The translations under genes were made by a program, and so were the position numbers. A model generated the notes under the pieces. That model had not been told where the DNA came from, did no database searches, and saw nothing but the letters and a program-made list of their open reading frames with translations. Source: Alphaproteobacteria bacterium (GTDB taxonomy: Bacteria; Pseudomonadota; Alphaproteobacteria; GCA-2746255). From it: a DNA stretch of 53,937 bases. The stretch covers positions 1-53,937 of the forward strand of contig JAJFGH010000074.1 in assembly GCA_021776275.1 (NCBI GenBank), written 5' to 3'. Below are positions 33,764 to 45,768 of this stretch, piece after piece (the first letter of the stretch is position 1; every line of letters begins with the position of its first letter).

Positions 33764-34298
33764 CGGAATGCCCCTTCAGATTCTTCGAATAAACGTCAGG
33801 CTTAAGACAACTCTCCCTGAACATCCGCCAGCAAGTGGCAGCAACGCCCAGGGCGACTAAGTCGAAGAATCTCCGCGAGAGAATTCGCAGCAGGTACGCG
33901 CGATGAGAGGGTTGCGGCAGCAACGACGCCACGGCGCCCGCGGAAAGAACCCTTCCCGCCGGATGTCGAATCAAACCGATTTTTCGACCGCGTAACCATG
34001 CCACTCGTCTTTCCGCTGGCTCGAAAGCGTGATTGAACCTGGTAATTGCCTTTCATCCCCTGCGGTTAGGATTAACAACCAAAGGGAATTGTCAACAAAA
34101 TTGGTTAACGCTTTCTTTGTAAGCCTAGGGAATGTGCGCTTCCTAGGGACATTTTGCAACGATCGGGACGTTTTTTTTAACGGCTTCGCCTTTTATTGTG
34201 AACCGATCGGTCCAAATTAAGCTGGGCGATGCCTCTCGGCGCAAGGGGTGGTTATCATAGAGCAGGTATTTTGAACCGATAAGTCCGAAACAGAGAAA

Positions 34299-34928
34299 TC
34301 ACCTGTCCAGGGCCGTCAGCGCGACGCGCAGGATATCGTTCAAAGCGGTGCGGTCCGGCCTGGCCTTGCCGATGACCCGAAGGCCGCCAAGGCTGCTCAC
34401 CAGGTAGCCGGCGAGCACGCCAGCGCTGCGATCGGCCCGGATTTCGCTTGCCGCCTGGGCGCGGGCGATGACCGGCTGTAACACCGACGCCATCCGTTCA
34501 AAAATCCCGTTCACCTGCGCCGCAATTTCCGGGTCATGGGCGGCCAGCTCCACCGCCGTATTGACAGCAAAACAGCCATGGCGCCCTTCCGGGGTTAGGA
34601 GGCGGTCAATGGCCATCTCGAAGAGATCCGCGATGGCCTGGCGCGGCGACACATCGCCGCCGAGATGGGTCTTGATCTGTTCGAGTTGAACGTCCCCATA
34701 GCGTTCCAGGGCCGCAAGGAAGAGGGTCCGCTTGTTGCCAAAGGCCTCATAGAAGCTGCTTTTGCTGATACCCATGGCCACGAGCAGATCCTGCAGCGAG
34801 GTCGCCCCATAGCCTTTTTCCCAAAAGGCCTCCATCGCCCGGTGGAGCGCTTCCCCATGATCAAATTCGCGCGGGCGAACCATTTGCGCCTCGGTCGTGT
34901 TGCTTGCCGCTTTTTTCCGATCAGGCAA
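34299..34928 (-). CDS. TetR/AcrR family transcriptional regulator
   Basis: N-terminal HTH GYGATSLQDLLVAMGISKSSFYEAFGNK. The start codon is uncertain. Confidence 0.85.
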   Translation of the reverse strand: MPDRKKAASNTTEAQMVRPREFDHGEALHRAMEAFWEKGYGATSLQDLLVAMGISKSSFYEAFGNKRTLFLAALERYGDVQLEQIKTHLGGDVSPRQAIADLFEMAIDRLLTPEGRHGCFAVNTAVELAAHDPEIAAQVNGIFERMASVLQPVIARAQAASEIRADRSAGVLAGYLVSSLGGLRVIGKARPDRTALNDILRVALTALDR

Positions 34929-35017
34929 TATGGCGCTTTTGGACCAAACGGTCCAATAAATTCCCGCAACCTTGCCTCCGCAAAACGGCGGCCGGGCCGA
35001 ACCTTCCGTGCTTTCGG

Positions 35018-36049
<1,032 letters not shown>

Positions 36050-36574
36050 CTATAGCGGGTTTGGGCCCCGTGAAATTGCAACAACGCCAGTACGCGAAAC
36101 GTCGGTAAGTCCCAACGGGATCATTAAACTGATAAAGGCATTCAACTTGTCCGTCGAGCCGGTCATCTCAAAAACGAACGACTCGCTTGTGCTATCCACA
36201 ACGCGCGCACGGAAAATATCCGCAATCCGCAACGATTCGACGCGCTGTTCGCCACTGCCTGCGACTTTGATAAGCGCAAGCTCGCGTTCGACCGATGGTC
36301 CGTCGGTTGTAAGGTCGCTGACCTTATGGACTGGCACAAGCCGGCTAAGCTGCGCCTTGATCTGTTCGATCACCATGGGCGTTCCTGACGTGACAACGGT
36401 GATCCGGGAAAGCTCCTTTTCAACGTCGACTTCCGCAACGGTCAGGCTTTCGATGTTATAACCGCGACCGGAAAAGAGGCCGATGACGCGGGCAAGCACC
36501 CCCGCCTCGTTATCGACGAGCACCCCGATGGTATGTTTTGCAACGTTTCCCACGTTTTCGCCTCGACCGATCAC
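36050..36574 (-). CDS. ilvH: Acetolactate synthase small (regulatory) subunit
   Basis: 174 aa. ACT domain HTIGVLVDNEAGVLARVIGLFSGRGYNIESL. Confidence 0.95.
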   Translation of the reverse strand: MIGRGENVGNVAKHTIGVLVDNEAGVLARVIGLFSGRGYNIESLTVAEVDVEKELSRITVVTSGTPMVIEQIKAQLSRLVPVHKVSDLTTDGPSVERELALIKVAGSGEQRVESLRIADIFRARVVDSTSESFVFEMTGSTDKLNAFISLMIPLGLTDVSRTGVVAISRGPNPL

Positions 36575-36583
36575 GTCCCCGCC

Positions 36584-38347
36584 CTAAACGAGAACCATTC
36601 CTTCATCTGAAATCGTAGCCTGCGTATCCTCCGGTCCGAACAGCATCTCGTTGTGAGGGGCGCCGGAAGGAATCATCGGAAAGCAATTTTCCGCCGGGTC
36701 CACACGAACGTCGACGATGACCGGTGCATCGGCAGCGAGCATCTCTTCAATCACCGGATCGACCTCTTCCGGCTTCGTCGCACGCAGGCCAACCCCGCCA
36801 AAGGATTCCGCGAGTTTCACGAAATCCGGCAACGCGGCCGAATAGCTTTCGGAATAACGCCCGCCATGCATCAACTCCTGCCATTGGCGGACCATCCCCA
36901 TATATTCGTTGTTGATAATGAAGACCTTCACCGGCAATCGGTACTGAGCAAGGGTCGACATTTCCTGAATGTTCATCAGGATGGACGCCTCGCCGGCAAT
37001 GTCGACAACCAACGCCTTCGGATGGGCCACCTGAACGCCCATCGCGGCCGGCAGGCCATACCCCATCGTTCCGAGACCGCCGGATGTCATCCAATGGTAC
37101 GGTTTTTCAAATTTATAATATTGAGCCGCCCACATCTGATGCTGCCCGACTTCCGTCGTGATGAACGTCTCGCGGTCCTTCGTCAGCTCGTAAAGCCGTT
37201 GAATGGCATATTGCGGCTTGATCAATTTACCGGACTGGTTAAAGCGCAGGCAATCCCTTGCCCGCCATTCCTCGATTTGCGCCCACCAATCTTTCAGCGC
37301 TTTCTTATCGGGCCTGGCTTGCGCCGCCTTCCAGAATTTGATCATGTCCTCCAGCACATGGGCGACATCACCAATAATCGCGTGGTCCACCTCGATGTTC
37401 TTGTTGATGGAGGACGGATCAATATCGATGTGAATCTTTTTCGAGCCTGGTGAAAAGGCATCCAATCGACCCGTAACCCGATCATCGAAGCGGGCGCCGA
37501 TGTTGATCATGACGTCGCAGCCATGCATCGCCCAATTCGATTCACACGTGCCATGCATGCCGACCATGCCAAGGAACTGCGGATGCGACGCCGGGAAGGC
37601 GCCAAGCCCCATCAAGGTGCTCGTGCACGGGAACCCCGTCATTTCAACAAATTGTGTCAGCAGCTGACACGCCGCCGAGCCAGAATTCACGACGCCGCCG
37701 CCGTAATAGATAAGCGGACGCTTCGCCGAACCTATAAGCGCCACCGCCTGACGGATGGCATCTGCGTCCCCCTTTACGGTCGGCTTATAGGTTTTGTGCT
37801 CGACATTCGTAGGCCCAAAATATGGGCCGCTTTCCATCAAAATATCTTTCGGCAAATCGACAACGACCGGACCCGGCCTGCCGGTGCGCGCAACGTAGAA
37901 CGCCTCGTGCACGGTGCGCGCAAGCTTGTCCGTATCGCGCACAAGATAATTGTGTTTTGTGCACGGTCGCGTAATGCCCGTCGTGTCCGCTTCCTGGAAA
38001 GCATCGTTGCCGATGAGATGCGTCGGCACCTGCCCCGTTAAGCAAACGATCGGCACGCTATCCATGAGGGCGTCCGTCAAGCCGGTGACGGCATTCGTCG
38101 CCCCCGGGCCGGAAGTCACCAAGACGACGCCCACCTTGCCGGTCGAACGCGCATAGCCCTCCGCCGCATGGACCGCCGCCTGCTCGTGACGCACGAGGAT
38201 GTGCCGCAATTCCTTTTGCTGGAACAGCGCATCGTAAATCGGCAGCACGGCACCGCCCGGATAGCCGAAAATGACCTCGACCCCCTGGTCACAGAGGGCC
38301 TTAAGGACGATTTCCGATCCGATCATCCGATCCTGGTTCATTCCCAT
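36584..38347 (-). CDS. ilvI: Acetolactate synthase large (catalytic) subunit, biosynthetic type
   Basis: 587 aa. ThDP-binding motifs (GYPGGAVLPIYDAL, GLGTMGYGLPAAMG). Confidence 0.97.
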   Translation of the reverse strand: MGMNQDRMIGSEIVLKALCDQGVEVIFGYPGGAVLPIYDALFQQKELRHILVRHEQAAVHAAEGYARSTGKVGVVLVTSGPGATNAVTGLTDALMDSVPIVCLTGQVPTHLIGNDAFQEADTTGITRPCTKHNYLVRDTDKLARTVHEAFYVARTGRPGPVVVDLPKDILMESGPYFGPTNVEHKTYKPTVKGDADAIRQAVALIGSAKRPLIYYGGGVVNSGSAACQLLTQFVEMTGFPCTSTLMGLGAFPASHPQFLGMVGMHGTCESNWAMHGCDVMINIGARFDDRVTGRLDAFSPGSKKIHIDIDPSSINKNIEVDHAIIGDVAHVLEDMIKFWKAAQARPDKKALKDWWAQIEEWRARDCLRFNQSGKLIKPQYAIQRLYELTKDRETFITTEVGQHQMWAAQYYKFEKPYHWMTSGGLGTMGYGLPAAMGVQVAHPKALVVDIAGEASILMNIQEMSTLAQYRLPVKVFIINNEYMGMVRQWQELMHGGRYSESYSAALPDFVKLAESFGGVGLRATKPEEVDPVIEEMLAADAPVIVDVRVDPAENCFPMIPSGAPHNEMLFGPEDTQATISDEGMVLV

Positions 38348-38454
38348 GTCCTTGTTCGGCTCGCCGTCGATCCCAGATGGTCCTATGGCCGGATTGCCAG
38401 GAAAAACAGGCGAAATCCCCCGGATTTCCCCGGCGAGCCGCCCAACCTAGTCGG

Positions 38455-39387
38455 TCAGTCGGTCGCGGTCAATCGAAACTGACGAATAAATGAAAAGATT
38501 TTTTGCTCTAAACTTTCCGAATATTGCTCATTCACCCAGTGCCCCTCCGCCATTTGGTTGCGAAACCAGGTGAGTTGGCGCTTGGCGTAGCGCCGGGTCG
38601 CCTGCTGAGCCTCGGAAATAGCCGCCTCCAGCGAGATCGCCCCCTCCAGATGGCGCAGCAATTCCGGCACGCCCAACGCCTTTCGCAAGGGCAACGCCGG
38701 GTCGAGCCCAGCCAAGGCCCCCGCCTCGTCGAGGGCGCCCATCGCAAGCATGTGGAGGAAACGCTGGTCGCACGCCACATAGAGGGCGGGACGGGGCGGG
38801 GCGAGAAGGATGGGGACAAGGGAGACGCTTGCTTCTTCGCTGGTTTCGCGCTGCCAATCGGCGAGCGACCGGCCAGTAGCCTGAAACACCTCCCAGGCTC
38901 GAAGCAGCCGCTGGCGATCGCCCGAAGGCAAACGTGCCGCCATTTCCGGATCGCGCTCCCGAAGCATGGCGTGAAAGCCCTCGCCGCCGAGACGCGCCCA
39001 TTGCTCTGCCGCGTCTTTTCGGATCTCCGGCGGAATTTCCGGCACCGGCGCCAGACCGAAGGCAAGGGCGCGCAGGTAAAGCCCGGTCCCGCCGACAAGG
39101 ATAGGCAATTTTCCCGCCGCCTTTGCGTCACGAATTTCCGCAAGGGCCATGTCGCGCCACATCGCAGCGGAAGCGGGCGTCGTTGCCGGGAGCACGCCAT
39201 AGAGGCGATGGGGCGCACGGGCAAGGGCCGCCGCGTCGGGACGGGCCGTCAAAATACGAAGCTCGCGGTAGAGCTGCATGCTGTCCGCGTTGACGACAAC
39301 CCCATCGAAGGCTTCGGCAACGGCAAGAGCAAGCTGCGACTTCCCGCTTGCGGTCGGGCCACAAATCGCGAGGACGCGTTCTGTCAT
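38455..39387 (-). CDS. miaA: tRNA dimethylallyltransferase
   Basis: P-loop ICGPTASGKSQLAL and DSMQLYRELRILTARP. Confidence 0.95.
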   Translation of the reverse strand: MTERVLAICGPTASGKSQLALAVAEAFDGVVVNADSMQLYRELRILTARPDAAALARAPHRLYGVLPATTPASAAMWRDMALAEIRDAKAAGKLPILVGGTGLYLRALAFGLAPVPEIPPEIRKDAAEQWARLGGEGFHAMLRERDPEMAARLPSGDRQRLLRAWEVFQATGRSLADWQRETSEEASVSLVPILLAPPRPALYVACDQRFLHMLAMGALDEAGALAGLDPALPLRKALGVPELLRHLEGAISLEAAISEAQQATRRYAKRQLTWFRNQMAEGHWVNEQYSESLEQKIFSFIRQFRLTATD

Positions 39388-39429
39388 GACATTCGACTGG
39401 TCTTTGAAAGAAAGCCCGCGGTCAGAACC

Positions 39430-40668
39430 TTAAGATAGCATGTGTGAGATCAGTCCGTCGGCCAGTTTTGGCTCGAACCAGGTCGATTTTGGCGGCATCA
39501 CCTGACCGGCATCGGCGACGGCCATCAAATCGTCCAGCCCCGTCGGATGCAGTGAAAAGGCAACGGCCATCTCACCGGAATCAACCCGGCGGGAGAGTTC
39601 CTGCAAACCGCGGATGCCGCCGACGAAATCGATCCGGTCGTCGGTGCGAGGATCCTCAATGCCAAGAACGGGCGCGATCAAATGATCGGCAAGCAGGCTG
39701 ACGTCGAGCCTGGCAACCGGGTCCGCCGGCACAAGCGCCTGGCGAATGGCAAGCCGATACCACTTCCCTTCGAGATACATGCCAAATTCGCCCGAACGCG
39801 CGGGCGAGACGGCCTCGGTGCTTTCCTCGATGGAAAACGCCTCTTCGACGCGGGTTAGAAACGCCGCCTTCCCATGGCCGTTCAAATCCCGAACAACCCG
39901 GTTGTAATCCAGCACCTGAAGCGTGTCGGAAGGAAACGCAACGGCGAGAAAATAGTTATAGGGCGCATCGTCCTTGTCACCCGGATGGGCGGCGCGTTTC
40001 GCCGCCGCAACCCGTGAAGCGGCAGCCGAACGGTGATGGCCATCGGCAATATAAAGCGCCGGCATCGCCTCGAAGGCCTCGGTAATCGCCGCGATATTGG
40101 CGGGGTCCCGCACCACCCAGAGGGCGTGCACGATCCCATCGTCGGCAACAAGGTCGTATTCCGGCGCTTGCTCGCAGAGCTTTGCGATCAAGGCCGTAAT
40201 GGCCGAAGACGGGGCATGGGCCAACAGGACCGGCCCCGTTTGGGCATCCAAGGCCTCAATCTGGCGCACACGATCGTTCTCTTTCGCGGGCCGGGTGAAT
40301 TCGTGACGACGGATGCGGCCCGCATCATAGGCATCGACGGAAGCCGCAAGGGCGATGCCGGTTTGTTCGTGGTTGCCCATGCGCAAGCGGTAGATGTAGT
40401 AACAGGGCGCCTGATCGCGGCAAAGCACGTCTGCCGCCAACATGGCCTTCAAGTTTGCCGCCGCCTTCGCATAGACGGCATCGTCGTAAGCCTGGGTCCC
40501 CTGCGGCAGGTCGATCTCCGCCTTCGATATATGCAGGAAGCTCCATGGCCGGCCTTCCGCGCGGGCACGCGCCTCGTCGCTGTTCAGCACGTCATAAGGC
40601 GGCGCCAACACATCGGCGACATGGTTGCGTACCGGCCGCAGACCGGCAAAGGGGGCTATGAGCGGCAT
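39430..40668 (-). CDS. DUF1015 domain-containing protein
   Basis: 412 aa. The N-terminal PFAGLRP...VLAPPYDVL signature is characteristic of DUF1015. Confidence 0.85.
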   Translation of the reverse strand: MPLIAPFAGLRPVRNHVADVLAPPYDVLNSDEARARAEGRPWSFLHISKAEIDLPQGTQAYDDAVYAKAAANLKAMLAADVLCRDQAPCYYIYRLRMGNHEQTGIALAASVDAYDAGRIRRHEFTRPAKENDRVRQIEALDAQTGPVLLAHAPSSAITALIAKLCEQAPEYDLVADDGIVHALWVVRDPANIAAITEAFEAMPALYIADGHHRSAAASRVAAAKRAAHPGDKDDAPYNYFLAVAFPSDTLQVLDYNRVVRDLNGHGKAAFLTRVEEAFSIEESTEAVSPARSGEFGMYLEGKWYRLAIRQALVPADPVARLDVSLLADHLIAPVLGIEDPRTDDRIDFVGGIRGLQELSRRVDSGEMAVAFSLHPTGLDDLMAVADAGQVMPPKSTWFEPKLADGLISHMLS

Positions 40669-40756
40669 CCCGAAGGGTTTCCAGAAATAGGTTTCAAAAT
40701 CTTTGCCGTTCCCGGCCGCGGTGGAAACACGCGGCCGGGAAAGTGCAAAACGTCAA

Positions 40757-42277
40757 TTAGTCTTTCTCGATTCGAAGCGTGATGAAAAGCAGTTGATCGC
40801 CGCCACGTGCGATCTGCAGAAGGAAGAACTTCTGGCCTGACTTGCGCGCCTTCTCGACCTTCTCAAGGACGTCCGTTGGGGAATTTACCTGCTCGTGATT
40901 CTGCCCGACAAGTACAATGACGTCGCCCTGTCGAATCCCTTTCTCCATGGCTTCGCTGTTTTCATCAACACCGGCGATTGCCACGCCCTTTACGTCGCGC
41001 GGCAAATTAAACCTGCGGCGGATTTCTCCATTCAGCGAGGTTAGGGAAAGGCCTAGCGCCGTGGCGGTTTCACCGGAGGCGGCGCCCTCTTCCGAAGGCA
41101 CCTTTTCTGCCTCCGCCATTTCAGCCTCTTCCATCAGGCCGATCTCGACCGTCAAGGTCTGCTTCTTGCCCTTGCGCCAAATGACCAGACTGACTTTGTT
41201 GCCGACGCCGGTTTCCGCAACGACACGGGAAAGTTTCCGGACCTTATCGATCTCCTCGTCGCCAAAGCGCAGGATGACATCCCCCGGCTCCAATTTTATC
41301 TTATCCGCCGGGCTTCCCTCGACGACGCTGGCGACCATCGCGCCACGCGCACGGCCCATACCAAGGCTTTCGGCAATTTCAGGCGTGACCTCCTGAATGC
41401 GGATGCCAAGCCAGCCACGGCGCGTTTGACCGAATTTCTTCAGTTGCTCAACCACCGGCTTGGCCAGGGAAGAGGGAATCGCGAAGCCAATGCCGATGTT
41501 GACACCCGTGGGCGAAAATATGGCCGAATTGATGCCAACGACCTGGCCCTGCATGTTGAACATCGGGCCGCCGGAATTGCCGCGATTGATCGGCGCGTCC
41601 GTTTGAATGAAATCGTCATAAGGGCCAGCTTGAATGACGCGGGCACGCGCCGAAATAATGCCGGCCGTCACTGTGCCCCCCAACCCGAAGGGGTTGCCGA
41701 TGGCAATGATCCAATCGCCGACTTCCGCCTCATCCGAATCGCCCCAGCGCACGGCGGGAAGGGGCTTTTTCGTTTCAACTTTCAAAAGGGCCAGATCCGT
41801 TTTCGGATCACGGCCGACAATTTTTGCTTTGAGGTTCGTGTCGTCGTGAAGAATCACGTTGATTTCATCCGCGTCCATAATGACGTGGTTGTTCGTTACG
41901 ATGTAACCATCCGGGCTTATGATGAACCCTGAACCCAAAGACGTTGCTTTTTGGGGACGCTGTTCCTGGCGCTCTCCGAACTCGCGGAAAAATTCCTCGA
42001 AAGGCGAACCCGGAGGAATTTGCGGCGCTTCTTGCTGCCCCGGCCCACGTCCGCGCCGTTTGACCGTCTGGGTGGTCGAAATATTGACGACCATCGGCGT
42101 TAATTCTTTTGCAAGTTTCGCAAAACTATCCGGCCCCTGCCTGGCTTCAGCGGAAGCGACGATAAAGAAGCTGGCAAAAACTAAAAAGAGGATCGCCGGA
42201 AAGGCGACGAATATTGAAACCGGGTTTTTTGCGATCGGCGCAGTTTGCGCCACTGCCGAGAACTTGGTCCGGGTCAT
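40757..42277 (-). CDS. degP: Periplasmic serine endoprotease DegP/HtrA family (two PDZ domains)
   Basis: Catalytic motifs TNNHV, DLALLK and GNSGGP, with two PDZ-like C-terminal regions. Confidence 0.92.
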   Translation of the reverse strand: MTRTKFSAVAQTAPIAKNPVSIFVAFPAILFLVFASFFIVASAEARQGPDSFAKLAKELTPMVVNISTTQTVKRRGRGPGQQEAPQIPPGSPFEEFFREFGERQEQRPQKATSLGSGFIISPDGYIVTNNHVIMDADEINVILHDDTNLKAKIVGRDPKTDLALLKVETKKPLPAVRWGDSDEAEVGDWIIAIGNPFGLGGTVTAGIISARARVIQAGPYDDFIQTDAPINRGNSGGPMFNMQGQVVGINSAIFSPTGVNIGIGFAIPSSLAKPVVEQLKKFGQTRRGWLGIRIQEVTPEIAESLGMGRARGAMVASVVEGSPADKIKLEPGDVILRFGDEEIDKVRKLSRVVAETGVGNKVSLVIWRKGKKQTLTVEIGLMEEAEMAEAEKVPSEEGAASGETATALGLSLTSLNGEIRRRFNLPRDVKGVAIAGVDENSEAMEKGIRQGDVIVLVGQNHEQVNSPTDVLEKVEKARKSGQKFFLLQIARGGDQLLFITLRIEKD

Positions 42278-42495
42278 TAGGGGTCTCCTATCTACCTTTA
42301 CGTCTTCGGTTCATATTTGAAAGGAACGCCCCTTCAAACATCCCTCCGGAAAGGTCGGATTCGTCAACGTCTCGGTCGACGCCCCTAAGAGTCTTCTTCA
42401 CAAGACTGTTCCGCATGCCTTCGGATGGAACTCACGAATAGATTTAGCTTTTGACGGAAAAAATCAAGCGTGCAGCCTACAAGTCGGATCACAAA

Positions 42496-42526
42496 GTCGA
42501 GAGACGGGCCTTGTCTGGCCCTCGAC
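42496..42526 (-). terminator. Hairpin terminator immediately after the hflC stop
   Basis: On the minus strand: GTCGAGGGCC-AGACAA-GGCCCGTCTCTCGAC followed by TTTGTGAT. Imperfect stem. Confidence 0.45.
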
Positions 42527-43414
42527 TTAGCGTTTTTTGCTCTGCTTGCTTCCTTCTAATTCTTTGAAAAACCTAAAGAAAGCACTGTCCGGCGAAAGCA
42601 CGAGCGTCGTGTTATCCCCCTGCAGCGCCTTGCGATAGGCTTGCAAGGACCGGTAAAACGCATAGAAGTCCGGCGCCTTGGTAAAGGCATCCGCGTAGAG
42701 TTGGATCGATTTTGCGTCGCCTTCGCCACGCAGAATCTGTGCCTGCTTCTTAGATTCAGCGAGGATAACCACGCGATCCCTCTCGGCACGAGAGCGGATA
42801 CGCTGGGCAATCTCGGCACCTTCCGCGCGGAATTCCTTCGCTTCACGTTCGCGCTCGCTTTTCATGCGCGCATAAATTGCCTGACTGTTTTCGGCTGGCA
42901 AATCGGCGCGACGAATACGGACATCGGTCACGCGAATGCCAAAACTCTTCGCTTCGCTATCCACTTCGTAACGGATTTTCTTTCGAATATCGGCGCGCTT
43001 CTCCGTCAGCACCTCAGCCAAGGGCACGCTGCCGATCACGCGCCGAAGGCCGGCGCTCATCAACGAATTCAACCGCGCGCGGGCGCCAAGTTCATTTGCG
43101 ACCGTTTCGTAGAAAAGAAGCGGATCGATGATTTCCCAACGCGCATAACTGTCAATCACCAATCGTTTCTGGTCGGCGGCGATCACCTCTTCCGCGGAAT
43201 GGGGAAAATCCAACAGCCGTTTGTCGTAATAGACGACATTCTGAATGAAGGGGGTTTTGAACTTGAGGCCCGATTCTGTGATGACCCGTCTCGGATCACC
43301 AAATTGCAGAACGAGGGCCTGCTGAGTCTGCTGCACGGTAAAAAACGCATTCAGGGCCACGATAATGGCGAAAAGAATCCCGCCAACTACGATAAGAAGC
43401 GCGTTCTTCTTCAT
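42527..43414 (-). CDS. hflC: Protease modulator HflC
   Basis: 295-aa SPFH/band-7 protein. 4-nt overlap with hflK. Confidence 0.95.
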   Translation of the reverse strand: MKKNALLIVVGGILFAIIVALNAFFTVQQTQQALVLQFGDPRRVITESGLKFKTPFIQNVVYYDKRLLDFPHSAEEVIAADQKRLVIDSYARWEIIDPLLFYETVANELGARARLNSLMSAGLRRVIGSVPLAEVLTEKRADIRKKIRYEVDSEAKSFGIRVTDVRIRRADLPAENSQAIYARMKSEREREAKEFRAEGAEIAQRIRSRAERDRVVILAESKKQAQILRGEGDAKSIQLYADAFTKAPDFYAFYRSLQAYRKALQGDNTTLVLSPDSAFFRFFKELEGSKQSKKR

Positions 43415-44514
43415 TCTCCCCGCTCCTTCCCATCTTTGCTACGGATCCGCTTTTGGACTTCGGGAAGCGGAAGGTAAGGAATCACACCCTGCCCATCCGA
43501 TGCGCCGGAATCGATAATAACTTTTTCTGAGTTTTGGAAAATTTCTTCCATGGTTTCTAGATACAACCGCTGCTCGGTGACTTTTTCTGCCCGGCGGTAT
43601 TCCTTGTAGACGGCGAGAAAACGGCTCGCATCCCCTTCCGCACGGGCAATGATTTCCTGCCGATAGCCTTCGGCCTGCTGAACGTTCTGTTCGGCTTCGC
43701 CGCGCGCCTTCGGAAGAATGTCGTTTCGATAGGCTTCCGCCTCGTTGCGTTGGCGCTCGAGGTCGGCTCGGGCACGCTGAACGTCCCGAAACGCATCAAT
43801 GACTTCGGAAGGCGGGTCCACTTTCTGCAACTGCACCTGAGTGATCTGAATGCCCGAATCGTAGGAATCCAGAATTTGCTGCAGAAGAGCATGGGTTTCC
43901 TGCTCGATCTGCTGGCGTCCCTCGGCGAATGCGCGAGCAATCGGTTTTTGTCCGATAATTTCGCGCATGGCACTTTCGGATGCGGATTTCACGGTTTCGG
44001 CCGGGCTGCGAATGTTGAAGAGAAACTTTCCGGCGTCACTGATTACCCAGAAAGTCGTAAAGTTGACGCTGACGATGTTTTCATCCCCCGTCAGCATCAG
44101 GCTTTCTTCCGGCACCCCACGCAAGGCACCGGCGCCCCCAAACTCGGAAGCCGAACGAAAGCCAACCTCGACGCGGTTGACGCGCGTGACTTTCGGCGTT
44201 TCAACCCGCTCGACCGGATAAGGCAGATGGTAGTGAAGACCCGGCGGTCTTGTCGGCCGGATCCATTCACCAAAACGAAGGACGACGCCTTGCTCGTCGG
44301 GAAGCACCCGATAAAACCCGCTGGCGAGCCAAATGCCGGCCACCACGAGCACGGCCAGAATCAGGCCGCGGCGACTGCCGCCAGGAAAAAGGTTTCGGAA
44401 TCGGTCCTGGCCCTGACGAAGCAGGTCCTCGATATCCGGTGGCTGCGGACCACCCGGCCCACGCCCCCAGGGGCCGCCTTGCCCCCCGTTTCCACCCTGA
44501 CCAGTCCAAGGCAT
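43411..44514 (-). CDS. hflK: FtsH protease activity modulator HflK
   Basis: Start chosen at MPWTGQGGNGGQGGPWG (44514) after a GGAGAC ribosome-binding site. SPFH domain. Confidence 0.92.
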   Translation of the reverse strand: MPWTGQGGNGGQGGPWGRGPGGPQPPDIEDLLRQGQDRFRNLFPGGSRRGLILAVLVVAGIWLASGFYRVLPDEQGVVLRFGEWIRPTRPPGLHYHLPYPVERVETPKVTRVNRVEVGFRSASEFGGAGALRGVPEESLMLTGDENIVSVNFTTFWVISDAGKFLFNIRSPAETVKSASESAMREIIGQKPIARAFAEGRQQIEQETHALLQQILDSYDSGIQITQVQLQKVDPPSEVIDAFRDVQRARADLERQRNEAEAYRNDILPKARGEAEQNVQQAEGYRQEIIARAEGDASRFLAVYKEYRRAEKVTEQRLYLETMEEIFQNSEKVIIDSGASDGQGVIPYLPLPEVQKRIRSKDGKERGE

Positions 44515-44664
44515 TGTTCGCGTCTCCTTGGCTTTATGAAATGCCCGCCTTTTCAAGGCGTCTTTAGGGCCTTATATGACAGCTTGGGTTGTCGCGCAAC
44601 GATGGCCTATTTAAACGGCATTTTACGCTGAAAACCGCTTTCAAAAGGGGGCAAGGCAAGAGGC

Positions 44665-45759
44665 ATGGCGACGAAAGATCATCCGGAAATCTTGAAGGCC
44701 CTTCGCGAGATCGCCGACCCGGCAAGCGGCAAAGACATCGTGACCAGCGGCCTGGTGGCGAACGTCCTTCAGAAGGAGGGCAACGTCGCCATTGTCCTCG
44801 AAATCGATCCGAAACGGGCACAGGAGCTGGAGCCGGTCCGAAAGGCCGCCGAGGCGGCGGTGCAAAGCCTTCCTGGCGTCCTTTCGACAAGCATCGTGCT
44901 GACCGCCGAAACGGCTGGCAGCGAAGCCGCCCACGCGCCGCCCGACGCGCCGTCCCATGGCCCGTCCGACGGGCCGAAAGAAATTGCCCGCATCCCCGGC
45001 GTGCGCAGCTTGCTGGCGGTGGCGTCGGGCAAGGGCGGTGTCGGCAAATCCACGACCGCCGTCAATCTGGCCCTTGCCTTGAAGGCGAACGGCCTTGCCG
45101 TCGGGATCTTGGATGTGGACATCTTCGGCCCATCGATCCCCCGCATGATGGGAATAGCCGGCAAACCCGAGACGTCCGATGGCAAGACGATCCTTCCGCT
45201 TGCCAATCACGGCATTGCCTGCATGTCCATCGGGTTCCTGGTCGAAGCAGACGCCCCCGTCATCTGGCGGGGCCCCATCGTTATGCGTGCGGTCGAGCAG
45301 ATGCTCCGGGACGTGCGCTGGGGCGAACTGGACGTTCTCGTGCTTGACCTGCCCCCTGGCACCGGAGACGTTCAATTGACCCTGGCACAGAGCGCGCCGC
45401 TTACCGGCGCCGTCATCGTTTCGACGCCACAAGATCTGGCCCTTCTCGACGCCCGCAAAGGGTTGAACATGTTCAGGCAGGTGCACGTGCCGGTTCTCGG
45501 AATCGTCGAGAACATGAGCTATTTCACCTGCCCCCATTGCGGCGATCAAACGCCAATTTTCAGCCATGGCGGCGCCCGGGAAGAAGCCAAGCGCCTTGGC
45601 GTGGATTTCCTAGGCGAGGTCCCCCTTGCCATTGCCATTCGCGAACGGGCGGACGAAGGGGTGCCCATCGTCATCGCCGAGCCGGAAGGCGAACATGCCA
45701 AAGCCTACCGGGAAATTGCCAACCATGTGTGGAAAAGCCTGGAAGCGCGCGTAGCCTAA
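44665..45759 (+). CDS. apbC: Iron-sulfur cluster carrier protein ApbC/Mrp
   Basis: N-terminal MIP18/DUF59-like domain, deviant Walker [11 protein letters not shown], and a CPHCG motif. Confidence 0.93.
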   Translation: MATKDHPEILKALREIADPASGKDIVTSGLVANVLQKEGNVAIVLEIDPKRAQELEPVRKAAEAAVQSLPGVLSTSIVLTAETAGSEAAHAPPDAPSHGPSDGPKEIARIPGVRSLLAVASGKGGVGKSTTAVNLALALKANGLAVGILDVDIFGPSIPRMMGIAGKPETSDGKTILPLANHGIACMSIGFLVEADAPVIWRGPIVMRAVEQMLRDVRWGELDVLVLDLPPGTGDVQLTLAQSAPLTGAVIVSTPQDLALLDARKGLNMFRQVHVPVLGIVENMSYFTCPHCGDQTPIFSHGGAREEAKRLGVDFLGEVPLAIAIRERADEGVPIVIAEPEGEHAKAYREIANHVWKSLEARVA

Positions 45760-45768
45760 ATCGGAAGC

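Noticed and set aside
33802-34056. 84-aa ORF in the leuA upstream spacer as a possible leader peptide
   Set aside because: It has no run of Leu codons, no ribosome-binding site, and a composition resembling non-coding DNA.
42278-42495. Sigma-E/ECF-type promoter (GGAAC-N16-...) upstream of degP
   Set aside because: A GGAAC is present on the correct strand near 42402-42406 (reverse complement of gttcc). However, no convincing -10 element (CGTT/TCAAA) lies at the right spacing, so it cannot be supported by eye.
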